From Parcubacteria group bacterium (GTDB lineage Bacteria; Patescibacteriota; Minisyncoccia; Phycocordibacterales; Phycocordibacteraceae), in the NCBI GenBank assembly GCA_028286615.1, contig JAQBRG010000004.1, positions 36,480-100,479 on the forward strand: a stretch of DNA of 64,000 nucleotides, written 5' to 3'. The notes under the pieces are model-generated. The model was not told the DNA's origin. It searched no databases and saw nothing but the letters and a program-made list of their open reading frames with translations. Below are positions 26,099 to 35,641 of the stretch, piece by piece. The position numbers were made by a program, and so were the translations under genes. The first letter of the stretch is position 1. Every line of letters begins with the position of its first letter.

Positions 26099-26842
26099 TT
26101 AATGGTGGTCGCAGTTGAGAGTCTGGTGCAGCTGTTGAAGCCGCTTGAAGGTTCTTATTTCGTATTCGCCTGGGACAGTCCCGTTTGGCGGCAAGGCCGT
26201 GACGACGAGCGTCTGCGGTCGAATGACAGGCTTGTCGTTCATGAATTCCTGGCACTCGTCACAAGGATGCAGAGTTTTAATTCTACCCACATCCTCTTCG
26301 CGCAGTTCGCCCACGACAACAATGCCTACCACCCAGCTACAGCCTGCTGCGTAAGCAGAAGAAATCGCTATGGGCTCAGCGCAAACAGGTCGTGAGTTCC
26401 GCGTAACCTTGGTGTTCATTCCGCGATGCACTTCCCACGTTTCCTCATGCACTCTTCCGGGTCTAAACGCGAGCAAAGCGCACCCCACATTAAATTCGCG
26501 GTATGAACTTGCAAGCTCTCGTGCCCGCACTGCCTGCCAGTAAAGATATTCGATAGACTGACGAAACCTTTGATACTGCTCCCATCGTGGGATCTTTCGT
26601 ATATTCCGGCTCGGAAATTCAACTTTCGTTTCAATTATCTGTGGCTGTCCGAATATGTCTGTATGCAGCGGATCGTGCTCAACATAGTTTCCAACAAGCC
26701 AAGGAGTTGAGGAATTCCTAATCCGCTCGGTACCCTTATTCTTTTCCCAGATGAACCGCATCTGGGAGCGTTGATTACGTATAATCATCTCTAATCTCCC
26801 TACAGGACATCTGTATCCAGACAGACTTTGCCATGTTCGCAC
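26099..26842 (-). CDS. cytidine-deaminase-fold (CDA) zinc deaminase with roughly 120-aa N-terminal extension
   Basis: FNVGCALLA ... PVCAEPIA then 36 aa ... LHPCDECQ, matching the CDA [C/H]AE-x(24-36)-PCxxC signature. Confidence 0.55.
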   Translation of the reverse strand: MRTWQSLSGYRCPVGRLEMIIRNQRSQMRFIWEKNKGTERIRNSSTPWLVGNYVEHDPLHTDIFGQPQIIETKVEFPSRNIRKIPRWEQYQRFRQSIEYLYWQAVRARELASSYREFNVGCALLAFRPGRVHEETWEVHRGMNTKVTRNSRPVCAEPIAISSAYAAGCSWVVGIVVVGELREEDVGRIKTLHPCDECQEFMNDKPVIRPQTLVVTALPPNGTVPGEYEIRTFKRLQQLHQTLNCDHH

Positions 26843-26915
26843 TCTTTTGTCACTTGAATCTAGTTATAGTTCCTGGCTCGATCCCTGATGGGCGAGAAGG
26901 TTTAGAGATTTTAAA

Positions 26916-26943
26916 AAATGAGACTACCTGGTGGCAGGTAGTC
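26916..26943 (-). terminator. terminator (11-bp perfect stem) downstream of the 26960..27274 gene
   Basis: gagactacctg-gtgg-caggtagtctc with a T-run on the minus strand. Confidence 0.6.
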
Positions 26944-26959
26944 TCTGTGTTTAGTTGGG

Positions 26960-27274
26960 TTACGTTGATACTTGGTCAGGATCTGCATCAGGACGCTCCT
27001 CGTTATCTTTCTTGATTGCTTCCATCAAAGCGACGAGTGCAAGCCGTGTATTTGTGCTGCGGCCTCCCCCATTGATCATTGAGCAGAATTCGACAACTGC
27101 ATTCTGTTCTCCTGTAACACCGCCGATCGGAATGGGCCCGACTCCTATGGAGACGACAATGTCTCCATCAAAGTTCTGGTGCACTGAAAGGGATTTACGC
27201 GGATGCATGTCCCCAATACGACGTGCGCCTTGTGTAGTCCAGGGTATCTCAGTCACTGGTGTCTCCCTTAACAA
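26960..27274 (-). CDS. hypothetical small protein
   Basis: 104-aa ORF with a terminator downstream. Confidence 0.4.
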   Translation of the reverse strand: MLRETPVTEIPWTTQGARRIGDMHPRKSLSVHQNFDGDIVVSIGVGPIPIGGVTGEQNAVVEFCSMINGGGRSTNTRLALVALMEAIKKDNEERPDADPDQVST

Positions 27275-27319
27275 CCTGCCTTGTCTATAGCACGTAGTAT
27301 AAAAAGCTTCTAGCTGGGC

Positions 27320-27967
27320 TTAAAGAGACAGGGCGAATCTTTCTAAAGATGGACCGAGCGGTAAATCTCCCGAACGAGAATCAGAAAGAAGTTCAATAAG
27401 ATCACGAGAGAGCTTGCGCGCTCCGTCCTTTCCCCATTTCGTACTTCCCTTTTGCATGAGGTCTCGGGCTTTCCAGTGCAAGAGTCCGTGAATCATTTCT
27501 GGCACATCTCCTTGGCGCTCCGCTTTAACTATTTCTTTCCACAAACCCGCTCCGTCTTTTGCAGCAAGAGCATTAACGAGAGACGAATTGAACCCCCTGT
27601 CTCGCTTGGGAGCTGCATCAACAATAAATACCTTTGTAGCAACGGCCTCAATCTTTTTAACGCGAGCTGCAAGAAGTTTTGGCGCAAGAATACCGACTGG
27701 ATTGTCTGACTTGGCCAATGCGTCGAGCATTGAAAGCACGAGTTCCCCCGCTTCGCTTTCTGAGAAGGGATCGTCTACGAGCACGAGAGTCTTTGCAAAG
27801 AAGAGTCCTTGCGAACCAAGTGCGTCTTGGAGAGAACGTTCTGAAAGCTGGTCTGCGGTTATGCGAATGTATGCAGCGTCTGGTGCTTTGGCGCGAGCAG
27901 CAGCTACCCACGCAAATGCTTTTGCGCGAACCCCAGACGCGTCTGACCCGGAGAAGAGATAGATCAT
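27320..27967 (-). CDS. holA: DNA polymerase III delta subunit-like (short HolA)
   Basis: MIYLFSGSD N-terminus typical of delta subunits; 215 aa. Confidence 0.5.
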   Translation of the reverse strand: MIYLFSGSDASGVRAKAFAWVAAARAKAPDAAYIRITADQLSERSLQDALGSQGLFFAKTLVLVDDPFSESEAGELVLSMLDALAKSDNPVGILAPKLLAARVKKIEAVATKVFIVDAAPKRDRGFNSSLVNALAAKDGAGLWKEIVKAERQGDVPEMIHGLLHWKARDLMQKGSTKWGKDGARKLSRDLIELLSDSRSGDLPLGPSLERFALSL

Positions 27968-28052
27968 GTAGAGACAGTATAACTAAAAGATTGAAGACGT
28001 CCTTTCGGGCGTCTTCTTTCTAACGAAAAATCAAAATAGTAAGCGAGACTGC

Positions 28053-28301
28053 TTAGCGCCTGGGCTCGGCCCTGGGCATGAAAGCGAGCTCGACAAGAAC
28101 GAAGATGAGGAAAAACAATCCAACCGTTGCAACGCTCTTGGAGAGGTCTTTGGTCAGAAAGTTCAGCACGAGCACGCACTCAACGATTGCGATGCTGGTG
28201 ATTGTCAACCAAGTGTAGAAGTTACTCCAGTTGAAGCCCGGCTCCTTCATCATTGCGATTCTTGCCTGCAGTGATGGAAACTTCTCTTCTATGCGACGCA
28301 T
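28053..28301 (-). CDS. small membrane protein
   Basis: 82 aa with two TM segments. Confidence 0.35.
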   Translation of the reverse strand: MRRIEEKFPSLQARIAMMKEPGFNWSNFYTWLTITSIAIVECVLVLNFLTKDLSKSVATVGLFFLIFVLVELAFMPRAEPRR

Positions 28302-28354
28302 TTTGTTTCCTCCTTATGCATCCGCGTGCACCTGCCGGTTAGTATGCTCTTGGT

Positions 28355-30742
28355 CTAGCTGTTTGCAAGCGGGGACAGGTTTCCCCAGTCTGGCCCTGAT
28401 TTTGCTTCTGCGATTATCGGCACGCCGTTCGCTTCTTCTGCAGGGAGCGCCTCCTCCATTATCTTCTTTATACCCGCAGCCAGTTCCTGTACTCGTTCGT
28501 TCTTAATCTCAAAGATAAGTTCGTCGTGCACCTGGAGAATAAGGTGTGCGTCTTCTCTTGCACCGGTTTCGCGAAGCCATGCGTCAACTCGTACCATAGC
28601 GAGCTTTATGATGTCTGCCTGGGTTCCTTGTATGGGAGCGTTAATAGCCATGCGTTCTGCTTGTGCACGAACATACGGCAAGGGGGATTTCATTTCAGGA
28701 AATTGTCTGCGACGTCCGAGCAGCGTCTCGGTGTATCCGTTCTTTCGTGCAAAGCCTCGAGTTGATTCCAAATAATGCGCAAGGGTCTCGAAGGTTTGGA
28801 AATAGTCGTCGTAGAACTGGTGCGCTTCTCCTGTTGAAGTTCCGAGCTGTGCCTTAAGCGCGTTAACACCCATGCCGTACAAAATACCGAAGTTGATTAT
28901 CTTCGCTCGTCTGCGCATCTCGTGGTCTACCGCCTCAGGCTTAACACCAAATACAGCTGCGGCAACTTCTTGGTGTACGTCTCGTCCGCTCTTGAAGATG
29001 TTGCAGAGCTTCTCGTCCTTAGAAAGAATTGCTGCGATACGAAGCTCTATCTGGGAATAGTCGAGTGCTACGAGTGTTGATCCTTCGCGGGGAATAAACG
29101 CATTTCGAATGGCACGTCCTTGTTCGGTACGCACTGGAATGTTCTGCAGGCCTGGATTGCTTGATGCCATACGGCCTGTAACCGCGCCGGTTTGAAGGAA
29201 GTGGGCGTGAAGGCGGTTATGCTCGTCTAGAAGTGGTGGGATTGCTTCTATGTAGGTAGAGAGGAGCTTGAGGAGTCCGCGATATTTCAGCACCTCTCCA
29301 ACTATTGGATGTGCGTCGCGAAGTTTCTCAAGCTCAGATTCCTTTGTTGAGCGCTGTCCTGTTGCGGTCTTCTTCTGACCCTTAACTCCAAGACCCAGTT
29401 CGTCAAAAAGCACTTCTCCCAATTGCTTGGGGGAACTCACATTGAACTCTCGCCCCGCAGCTTTGTATATTCCTTTTTGAATTGCTTCGAGTTCCGCACG
29501 ATACGTCTTTTTCAGATCGGCGAGGACCTTTGTATCAATACGGACGCCACACTCTTCCATCCCAAGGATTACGGGAACGAGCGGCTTCTCAATGTTTCTG
29601 TATATCCCTTCCAGGCGCCCCGTCTCCGCAACCTTCTTTTCAAGAGTCGCGTACGCTTCGTCAAAAGTACGCATCTTTGAGTACGCAAGAATGTCTTCGA
29701 GTGTTGGGTTCGTGAAATCAGAGCAAAGGAGCCAGAGCATAACCTGCGCTTCGCGCATGCGTGTTTCGTCTACAACTTCTGCCACTTCCTCAACAACCTC
29801 TACTCCCTCTTCAGGTGCCTCTCCAGAAAGTGCGTTCTGCGCGCGGGACTTGAGCGAACGGAATCCAAACTGATCAAACATTTCCATAACGCGTGGAAGC
29901 GATACTGTATCTTTCCAATGCTTGGGTGGCAGATTGAAAGCAATCGGTGCGTCGGTGCGAATAGTTGCGAGAGCTTTTGAGAAGAGCGCGTCTTCCTCGT
30001 GTTCTTTGAGGAGTCCTATTATGCGAGCTTTGATTCCGGCCTCAAGGAACTGCACTTCATTCTTCTTAAGTGCCTTGTATATCTTCTCTATGCTGCCGAA
30101 CTTCTGTATGAGGTCCGTTGCGGTCTTTTCCCCGATACCCGGAATACCAATTATGTTGTCTGAAGGATCTCCACGAAGTCCTTTGTAGTCTGCGATTAAT
30201 GCCGGAGCAAAGCCGTATCTGTCCTTAACTGCCTGCTCGTCATAGAGGATGGTGTCGTTTAGACCTTTCTTGAGTGTGTAGACCTGCACCTTCTTCTTAT
30301 CTATTAGCTGCATGGTGTCCATGTCTCCCGACGCGATTATAATCTCGGTATCTTTGTCGTCTTCAAGCATCTTAACGATGGTGCCGAGTACGTCGTCAGC
30401 TTCGAACCCTTCCCTCTCGTATATGGTTACGGAAAACGCTTCGAATACTTGGCGAGAAGTATTGAGTTGTGTTGAAAGCGCGTCGTCTATTTTTGAACGG
30501 GTACCTTTATATTCTGCGTACGCTTCGTGACGGATAGTTGGTTTTGGAAGATCGTATGCGGCAACAATGTAGTCCGGAGAAAGGTCTGCAAAGATGCGAA
30601 GGAGCATGGTTGTGAGGCCGTAGAGCGCACCAGTTGGTTGGCCATCGGGTCCCGTGAAATCAGGGAGCGCATGATACGCGCGATGGATGATGGCGTGCGC
30701 GTCGAGTATAACGAGGCGTTTTTTGGTAGAAGTTTTAGGCAT
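28355..30742 (-). CDS. polA: DNA polymerase I (5'-3' exonuclease + polymerase; no obvious 3'-5' exonuclease motifs)
   Basis: RLVILDAHAIIHRAYHA (5' nuclease) ... YSQIELRIAAILS ... VHDELIFE (polymerase motifs A and C). Start probably the internal Met at 30742. Confidence 0.9.
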   Translation of the reverse strand: MPKTSTKKRLVILDAHAIIHRAYHALPDFTGPDGQPTGALYGLTTMLLRIFADLSPDYIVAAYDLPKPTIRHEAYAEYKGTRSKIDDALSTQLNTSRQVFEAFSVTIYEREGFEADDVLGTIVKMLEDDKDTEIIIASGDMDTMQLIDKKKVQVYTLKKGLNDTILYDEQAVKDRYGFAPALIADYKGLRGDPSDNIIGIPGIGEKTATDLIQKFGSIEKIYKALKKNEVQFLEAGIKARIIGLLKEHEEDALFSKALATIRTDAPIAFNLPPKHWKDTVSLPRVMEMFDQFGFRSLKSRAQNALSGEAPEEGVEVVEEVAEVVDETRMREAQVMLWLLCSDFTNPTLEDILAYSKMRTFDEAYATLEKKVAETGRLEGIYRNIEKPLVPVILGMEECGVRIDTKVLADLKKTYRAELEAIQKGIYKAAGREFNVSSPKQLGEVLFDELGLGVKGQKKTATGQRSTKESELEKLRDAHPIVGEVLKYRGLLKLLSTYIEAIPPLLDEHNRLHAHFLQTGAVTGRMASSNPGLQNIPVRTEQGRAIRNAFIPREGSTLVALDYSQIELRIAAILSKDEKLCNIFKSGRDVHQEVAAAVFGVKPEAVDHEMRRRAKIINFGILYGMGVNALKAQLGTSTGEAHQFYDDYFQTFETLAHYLESTRGFARKNGYTETLLGRRRQFPEMKSPLPYVRAQAERMAINAPIQGTQADIIKLAMVRVDAWLRETGAREDAHLILQVHDELIFEIKNERVQELAAGIKKIMEEALPAEEANGVPIIAEAKSGPDWGNLSPLANS

Positions 30743-31172
30743 AGGTGAGAGTGCGTGTTGTGTCAGGATGCACTTCAAGCGTGAGGTGAGCAGTCGGCGT
30801 AGGAAGTCCGTCTGCTACTCGCTCTGGCCACTCAAGTATAACGAGGTTCGCGGAATCATTCATGCGCGTTTCGAACCCAAGTGGCGTAAGGTCGCTCCCT
30901 TTAGAGAGGCGGTATGCGTCGATGTGTATTAAACGTTTGAACGAACTCCCTTCTGGAAGTTCGTATATCTTTTCTAGAACAAAAGTAGGGCTAGTTACAG
31001 AGTCTGTAACACCTAAGGCGAGTGCGACGGCTTGGGTGAAGGTTGTTTTGCCTGCTCCCAATTCTCCAGAGAGCGTTATTAGCGTTGCCCCATCGATGTG
31101 TGGCGCAAGGCCCGTAGCAAAAGTCGCGGCTTCCTGGTTTAGTTCCTCAACACTTGTTAACACCTTTTCCAT
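30735..31172 (-). CDS. tsaE: tRNA threonylcarbamoyladenosine biosynthesis protein TsaE
   Basis: LSGELGAGKTTFTQAVALALGV ... SPTFVL. Confidence 0.85.
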   Translation of the reverse strand: MEKVLTSVEELNQEAATFATGLAPHIDGATLITLSGELGAGKTTFTQAVALALGVTDSVTSPTFVLEKIYELPEGSSFKRLIHIDAYRLSKGSDLTPLGFETRMNDSANLVILEWPERVADGLPTPTAHLTLEVHPDTTRTLTYA

Positions 31173-31187
31173 ATAAAGATTGTACCG

Positions 31188-31233
31188 CCCAAAAGAAAAA
31201 GCGCCCGTTTCCTTCCGAAGAAGAGAAACGAGC
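31188..31233 (-). terminator. long imperfect hairpin (14-bp stem) downstream of the GC-rich gene
   Basis: aaagcgcccgtttc ... gaaacgagcgcttt. Confidence 0.45.
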
Positions 31234-31256
31234 GCTTTGAAGTTGTCCTTGCCGCT

Positions 31257-31844
31257 CTAGCAGAGCAGGCGAGGATCGCGATGGCAGGCATCAGCCCAGT
31301 CGCCAGGGCGCGGACCCGTGGGCCAGCTGCCGTAGCTGCGGCCGTAGGAGCCGCGATGACTGCCGATGTTCGCGACCCGATCCAGCAGGTCGACGACACG
31401 GTTGGCTTGCTCGATTCTGTCGTACCGCGGCGCCTGACCTTGCGGGGAGGAGCCGTAGCCGTACTGAACAGAGGCGGTCTGGCATTCGCGGTATCCGCGA
31501 TTGTTCTGGTAGCAGTCGGAGCTGGAGACGTCGACAGGACGGTTGTCCTGGAAACGTTCTTCCTGCCGTTGCTCCGGGTGCGGTTGCTGGACCGTAAGGC
31601 CCCGCGACGTCGCCTCGGCGCGCGGCAAGTACCTGCAGCCGACGAGTTGCCCGCCGGACTGCCGGCAGAGCCAGACGTGGTCCGGCTTGGGCTCGGCGGT
31701 GCTGCCGTCGGGGCCTCGCAGGAGAACCGGGGCTTCGGCCTTCGGAGAAGGCTTGGCGGCCGGGGCTTGCTTGGCAGTGGCGGCGAAGGCGGGCGAAACG
31801 GTGATGGCCATGGAAAGAGCGGCCAAAAGGGTGAGGAATCTCAT
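31257..31844 (-). CDS. secreted Gly/Arg/Tyr-rich protein encoded in a GC-rich island
   Basis: AAAGGAG SD then ATG; signal peptide MRFLTLLAALSMAITVSPAFAATA. Local GC about 65-70% against about 48% in the flanks. Overlapping ORFs appear in all frames, as expected for high-GC sequence. Confidence 0.55.
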   Translation of the reverse strand: MRFLTLLAALSMAITVSPAFAATAKQAPAAKPSPKAEAPVLLRGPDGSTAEPKPDHVWLCRQSGGQLVGCRYLPRAEATSRGLTVQQPHPEQRQEERFQDNRPVDVSSSDCYQNNRGYRECQTASVQYGYGSSPQGQAPRYDRIEQANRVVDLLDRVANIGSHRGSYGRSYGSWPTGPRPGDWADACHRDPRLLC

Positions 31845-31935
31845 GGGAATCTCCTTTGTTGGTCCCAGATGAAGCTGTATATAAGGTACCAGAATATACG
31901 GTATTTGTCAATAGCTTCCCTTTCTCGGTGCTATT

Positions 31936-33612
31936 ATGGGCCTTATGCCTGCTCATTTTGATACGGACGCCGAAGATAAGCAGCTTGCGGGTATCCGTGA
32001 GCGCGAAGAGGAAGACCTGGCCCAGGTGCTTTCCCAGAAATACGGCTATACCTATACCGATTTAACGGCCATTCCCGTTAACGTAGACGCGCTGCGTATG
32101 ATTCCCGAGAAAGAGGCTCGAGAGGCTGAAGTTGTAGCATTTGATAAGAATGGAAAGCATATTTCTATAGCTCTCCGGAATCCCCAGAATGAGCTTCTTC
32201 CTCAGGTTGAACATGCTCTTGAAGCTCAAGGATTAATCCTTTCTCGTTTCCTTATATCCCGTAAAAGTCTCGAGAAGGCACTTGCTCGATACGAGGAATT
32301 CTCGTACGCCAATCAAAGCAAGACTGGCGTATTCGCAGTTGAAGGAGCTCAACTTGAAGCTCTTTCAAAAGAACTCAGTAGCGTAACCGTAGTGCGGGCC
32401 AAGCTTGATCAGATGTTGGACACGAAGAATGTGCAGGTCTCTCATGTGTTTGAGCTCGTGCTTGCGGGCGCATTTTCTATGCGAGCGTCCGACATACACT
32501 TCGAGCCTGAAGAAGAGACAGTACGTCTTCGCTACCGTCTTGATGGACAACTAACGGATGTCTACGCGTTCTCTCAACATACATACCAACTCATAGCCTC
32601 ACGCATAAAACTTATCTCGGGTCTTAAGTTGAATGTGCATGGGCGGGCGCAGGACGGGCGCTTCTCAGTTCCTCGCCAAGGTACTGAAGTTGAAATTCGC
32701 ACCTCACTCATTCCAGGAGCGTACGGAGAATCTTTTGTTATGCGTCTTCTTGATCCTTCTATCCTTGGTGTTGGCTTCAAGGAGCTTGGTGTCCATCCGA
32801 AGCTGCTCGAGCGTCTTGAACGAGAGATTACTCGTCCTAACGGCATGCTTCTTACAACCGGACCTACGGGTTCAGGAAAGACGACGACTCTCTATTCTTT
32901 CCTGCAGCATATTCACACTCCCGAAATTAAGATTGTTACCATCGAAGACCCTGTTGAATACCATCTTCCCGGTATTGTGCAGACGCAGACAGATGGAAAA
33001 GAATATACATTCGCATCAGGTCTTCGTTCAGTACTTCGTCAGGACCCGGATGTAATCATGGTTGGAGAAATTCGAGACTCAGAAGTTGCTGAAACTGCTA
33101 TTCAAGCAGCTCTCACAGGACACTTCGTATTCTCGACACTTCACACCAACAACGCAGCGGGCACTTTCCCACGTCTTGTAGACCTTGGGTCTGATCCTAA
33201 GGCATTTGCTTCAGCAATTTCTGTGGCTATGGCGCAGCGTCTTGTTCGTACCTTGGATCCTGAGGCCCGCAAACAAGTTCCTGCAACTGAAGAAGAGAAG
33301 AAGGTTATGGAAAGAATTCTATCAACGCTTGAGGACATGACTCTCCTTCCCTCTTCCCTTGAGACTGTGTGGGTTCCTGAGCCAAATGAAACAAGCTCTG
33401 GGTACAAAGGACGTATTGGTCTCTACGAAGCAATCTTTATGGACGAGGAGCTAGGCAACTTGCTTCGAGACAATCCAAGTGAAGGCGAGATCGCAACGAA
33501 TGTACGTCGCCAAGGTTTCCTAACCGTGGCGCAGGACGGTGTGCTCAAAGCTATTGCAGGACAAACCTCACTTGAAGAGGTGTTTAAGGTTGTTGATTTG
33601 CCTCGAGACTAG
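31936..33612 (+). CDS. pilB: type IV pilus assembly ATPase PilB (GspE family)
   Basis: Walker A TGPTGSGKTT, Asp box, Walker B MVGEIRD, His box; 558 aa. Confidence 0.9.
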   Translation: MGLMPAHFDTDAEDKQLAGIREREEEDLAQVLSQKYGYTYTDLTAIPVNVDALRMIPEKEAREAEVVAFDKNGKHISIALRNPQNELLPQVEHALEAQGLILSRFLISRKSLEKALARYEEFSYANQSKTGVFAVEGAQLEALSKELSSVTVVRAKLDQMLDTKNVQVSHVFELVLAGAFSMRASDIHFEPEEETVRLRYRLDGQLTDVYAFSQHTYQLIASRIKLISGLKLNVHGRAQDGRFSVPRQGTEVEIRTSLIPGAYGESFVMRLLDPSILGVGFKELGVHPKLLERLEREITRPNGMLLTTGPTGSGKTTTLYSFLQHIHTPEIKIVTIEDPVEYHLPGIVQTQTDGKEYTFASGLRSVLRQDPDVIMVGEIRDSEVAETAIQAALTGHFVFSTLHTNNAAGTFPRLVDLGSDPKAFASAISVAMAQRLVRTLDPEARKQVPATEEEKKVMERILSTLEDMTLLPSSLETVWVPEPNETSSGYKGRIGLYEAIFMDEELGNLLRDNPSEGEIATNVRRQGFLTVAQDGVLKAIAGQTSLEEVFKVVDLPRD

Positions 33613-34209
33613 TTAGGCGAGTCCTCGCGCTTGGCGTTCTTTGAGGAATGCATCTGCTCTTTTTTGAAGCACTCTTTCTCGCTCACTGAGCAGTTTGCTG
33701 TCCTCGTGGTACTTAGCAACAGCTTCTTGAACCTCAGAACTAAATAGTCTTAATGAGCGACTCTCCCCGAAGTTACTCGTCGTGCTTGGATTAGAATCTT
33801 GAACAAGCACACTTAGAACAGATGGATCTGAACCAAATCCTTTCTGCTCGGAAAGTAAATGCTCGATATTTTTTATACTAGAAAGAACATCTGGAGCCAT
33901 TCCGTCTTTCTCTGAACTTAGTTTCTGAAACTCTTCTTCTGCCTTTGCTGAAAAGTTACTGTTCTTGAAAGCTTTATAATTTTCTGATCTCTCGGTTGTT
34001 AATTCCGTATCTTTCTCCCAGTTTGCAGTGGCGGCAGCTTCAAGTTCCTCATGCGAAAGAGTCGAGAGGTCTCCATCTCCTACCTCATTACCTAAATTCT
34101 CTGCGACAGCTCCTTGAATAGCTCTAGCGTCTGACTTTATCTCTTCAGGACGTAGGCTTCTTGCCTGGTCTGCGTCTCTGCTTTTGAATGAAGAATTTTC
34201 AATGCCCAT
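33613..34209 (-). CDS. hypothetical protein (low complexity, charged)
   Basis: 198-aa ORF. Confidence 0.45.
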   Translation of the reverse strand: MGIENSSFKSRDADQARSLRPEEIKSDARAIQGAVAENLGNEVGDGDLSTLSHEELEAAATANWEKDTELTTERSENYKAFKNSNFSAKAEEEFQKLSSEKDGMAPDVLSSIKNIEHLLSEQKGFGSDPSVLSVLVQDSNPSTTSNFGESRSLRLFSSEVQEAVAKYHEDSKLLSERERVLQKRADAFLKERQARGLA

Positions 34210-34337
34210 AGGATAGTCGTAAGTGGTATGTAGAAATCATACCAGTTTGCTCGGAAATTGTGACTAGGACTTGCTTCGTTATTAGCTTTTTGATTTAATG
34301 GGTCCACGGGCTCACATGAGTCCATTTTCGGGGCAAC

Positions 34338-34375
34338 CCGCGACCCGCGCAGAAATGCGCGGGGTTTATTTTTTA
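34338..34375 (+). terminator. plus-strand rho-independent terminator inside the ORF-poor region
   Basis: gacccgcgc-agaaat-gcgcggggtttattttttat. Confidence 0.55.
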
Positions 34376-34418
34376 TCATCCCGGGATGCCTGCAACACGG
34401 GGATAAGATAAATATGAA

Positions 34419-34501
34419 AAAATCCCGCGCATAACCCTCCAGGCACTCCTTTCTAGAACTTAGAAAGGTGAACAGAATCGCCTGGGGAGACTCCCAGCGC
34501 A
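34419..34501 (+). repeat. 83-bp direct repeat, copy 1
   Basis: Identical over 83 bp to 35559..35641: aaaatcccgcgcataaccctccaggcactcctttctagaacttagaaaggtgaacagaatcgcctggggagactcccagcgca. Confidence 0.9.
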
Positions 34502-34544
34502 TGCGCTAACTGTAAGTACACTCTGTAGACAGACCCCTCTTTGT

Positions 34545-34580
34545 CCCCAGCAGGGGTTTCGCCAGAAACCCCTGCTGGGG
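34545..34580. repeat. perfect 18-bp palindromic hairpin (ccccagcaggggtttc-gcca-gaaacccctgctgggg)
   Basis: Seen directly in the sequence. No T-tract on either side, so it is not a terminator. Confidence 0.85.
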
Positions 34581-35558
34581 GAAGTAATTAAAGCCGTACT
34601 TTAACGGTTCCAGGAATTGAAGGAGTATATTCGCGGTATTCCATATTCATATTCGTATTAACCCTTATCTCCTCCCTGCCCCAGATAACTGTGGTGAGTA
34701 AGAGGAGAAACCACGTAGCAAGTATCAATACAGAAAGCTTAAACCAGTGCTTTTTAAGACTGGTTGGGATGTATGGTTCAGACATGATCTAAAAGTAAGA
34801 GGTTGTTAACGAGTGCACCGCCCCAAATTATGGCTCCCGACAACCTCTTACAGAAGCGAGAACCGTTTGAGACGGTGCATTCGTAAGAGGTTGAGATATG
34901 GGGCGTGTAGGGAAAGGCTAGCGTCCACACGGAAGTGAGTCGAGGTATTTTGAGTTATCCACTTTCTTATGATTCTGCATTTACGTTATACTGGTGAGGT
35001 TCAGGTGTGAAAGCACTTGAGCCCACGAGCGAAGTCTTCAGCCGAAGTTAAGCAAGAGCCTAAGAACACTACTTAACTTTCAAGACCCCAGGAGCATACT
35101 CCACGGCTGAAGGAAGATCCTTCGCCCGTGGAATGTGCTTCTGGGTTTTTGTTTAATTGGTTCCCATCAGTTCCTTGCTAGTTAGAAATTGGTGGGGGCA
35201 AGTTAGATGTAGTATGTAAATACTACACGCCGCCCCCCGCTTCGCACGGCCTGAAAGCGACGTTGGTGAAATGGTCAAAGACTCTGAAGTACACAACAAC
35301 GATGTGGAAGCGTGCCGACAACGGCCGCATCCCGACACCTGCGTTTAGACAAACTCACCCTGAGATTGTCTACAAGCAGACAGTAGTAAAGCGAACTGCC
35401 GCTCCCAAAAGAAGCAGCAGTTCGAAGTAAAAAGTCACGAAACTTTTAACCACATTGGACCCCGCGAGGGGTCTTTTGTGATTTCTATCATTCTATCCTT
35501 GAACTCAAGGTGAAGAGGCACATCTTAAGGTGGATAACGGTAGAGCGTCAAGTAAATC

Positions 35559-35641
35559 AAAATCCCGCGCATAACCCTCCAGGCACTCCTTTCTAGAACT
35601 TAGAAAGGTGAACAGAATCGCCTGGGGAGACTCCCAGCGCA
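35559..35641 (+). repeat. 83-bp direct repeat, copy 2
   Basis: Identical to copy 1. Its 5' 20 nt can pair with ggagggttatatgcgggatt at 35705..35724. Confidence 0.9.

Noticed and set aside
31281-31961. Multiple long overlapping ORFs (31281-31961 plus strand, 31291-31956 minus strand, 31543-31872 plus strand) in the GC-rich island
   Set aside because: These are typical stop-codon-poor artefacts of high-GC DNA. Only the minus-strand 31257-31844 frame has an SD, a signal peptide and a downstream terminator.
34419-35641. 83-bp repeat pair as a diversity-generating retroelement template/variable-repeat pair
   Set aside because: The copies are 100% identical with no adenine-specific substitutions. 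No reverse transcriptase gene is present in the window. Neither copy lies at the 3' end of a target gene.
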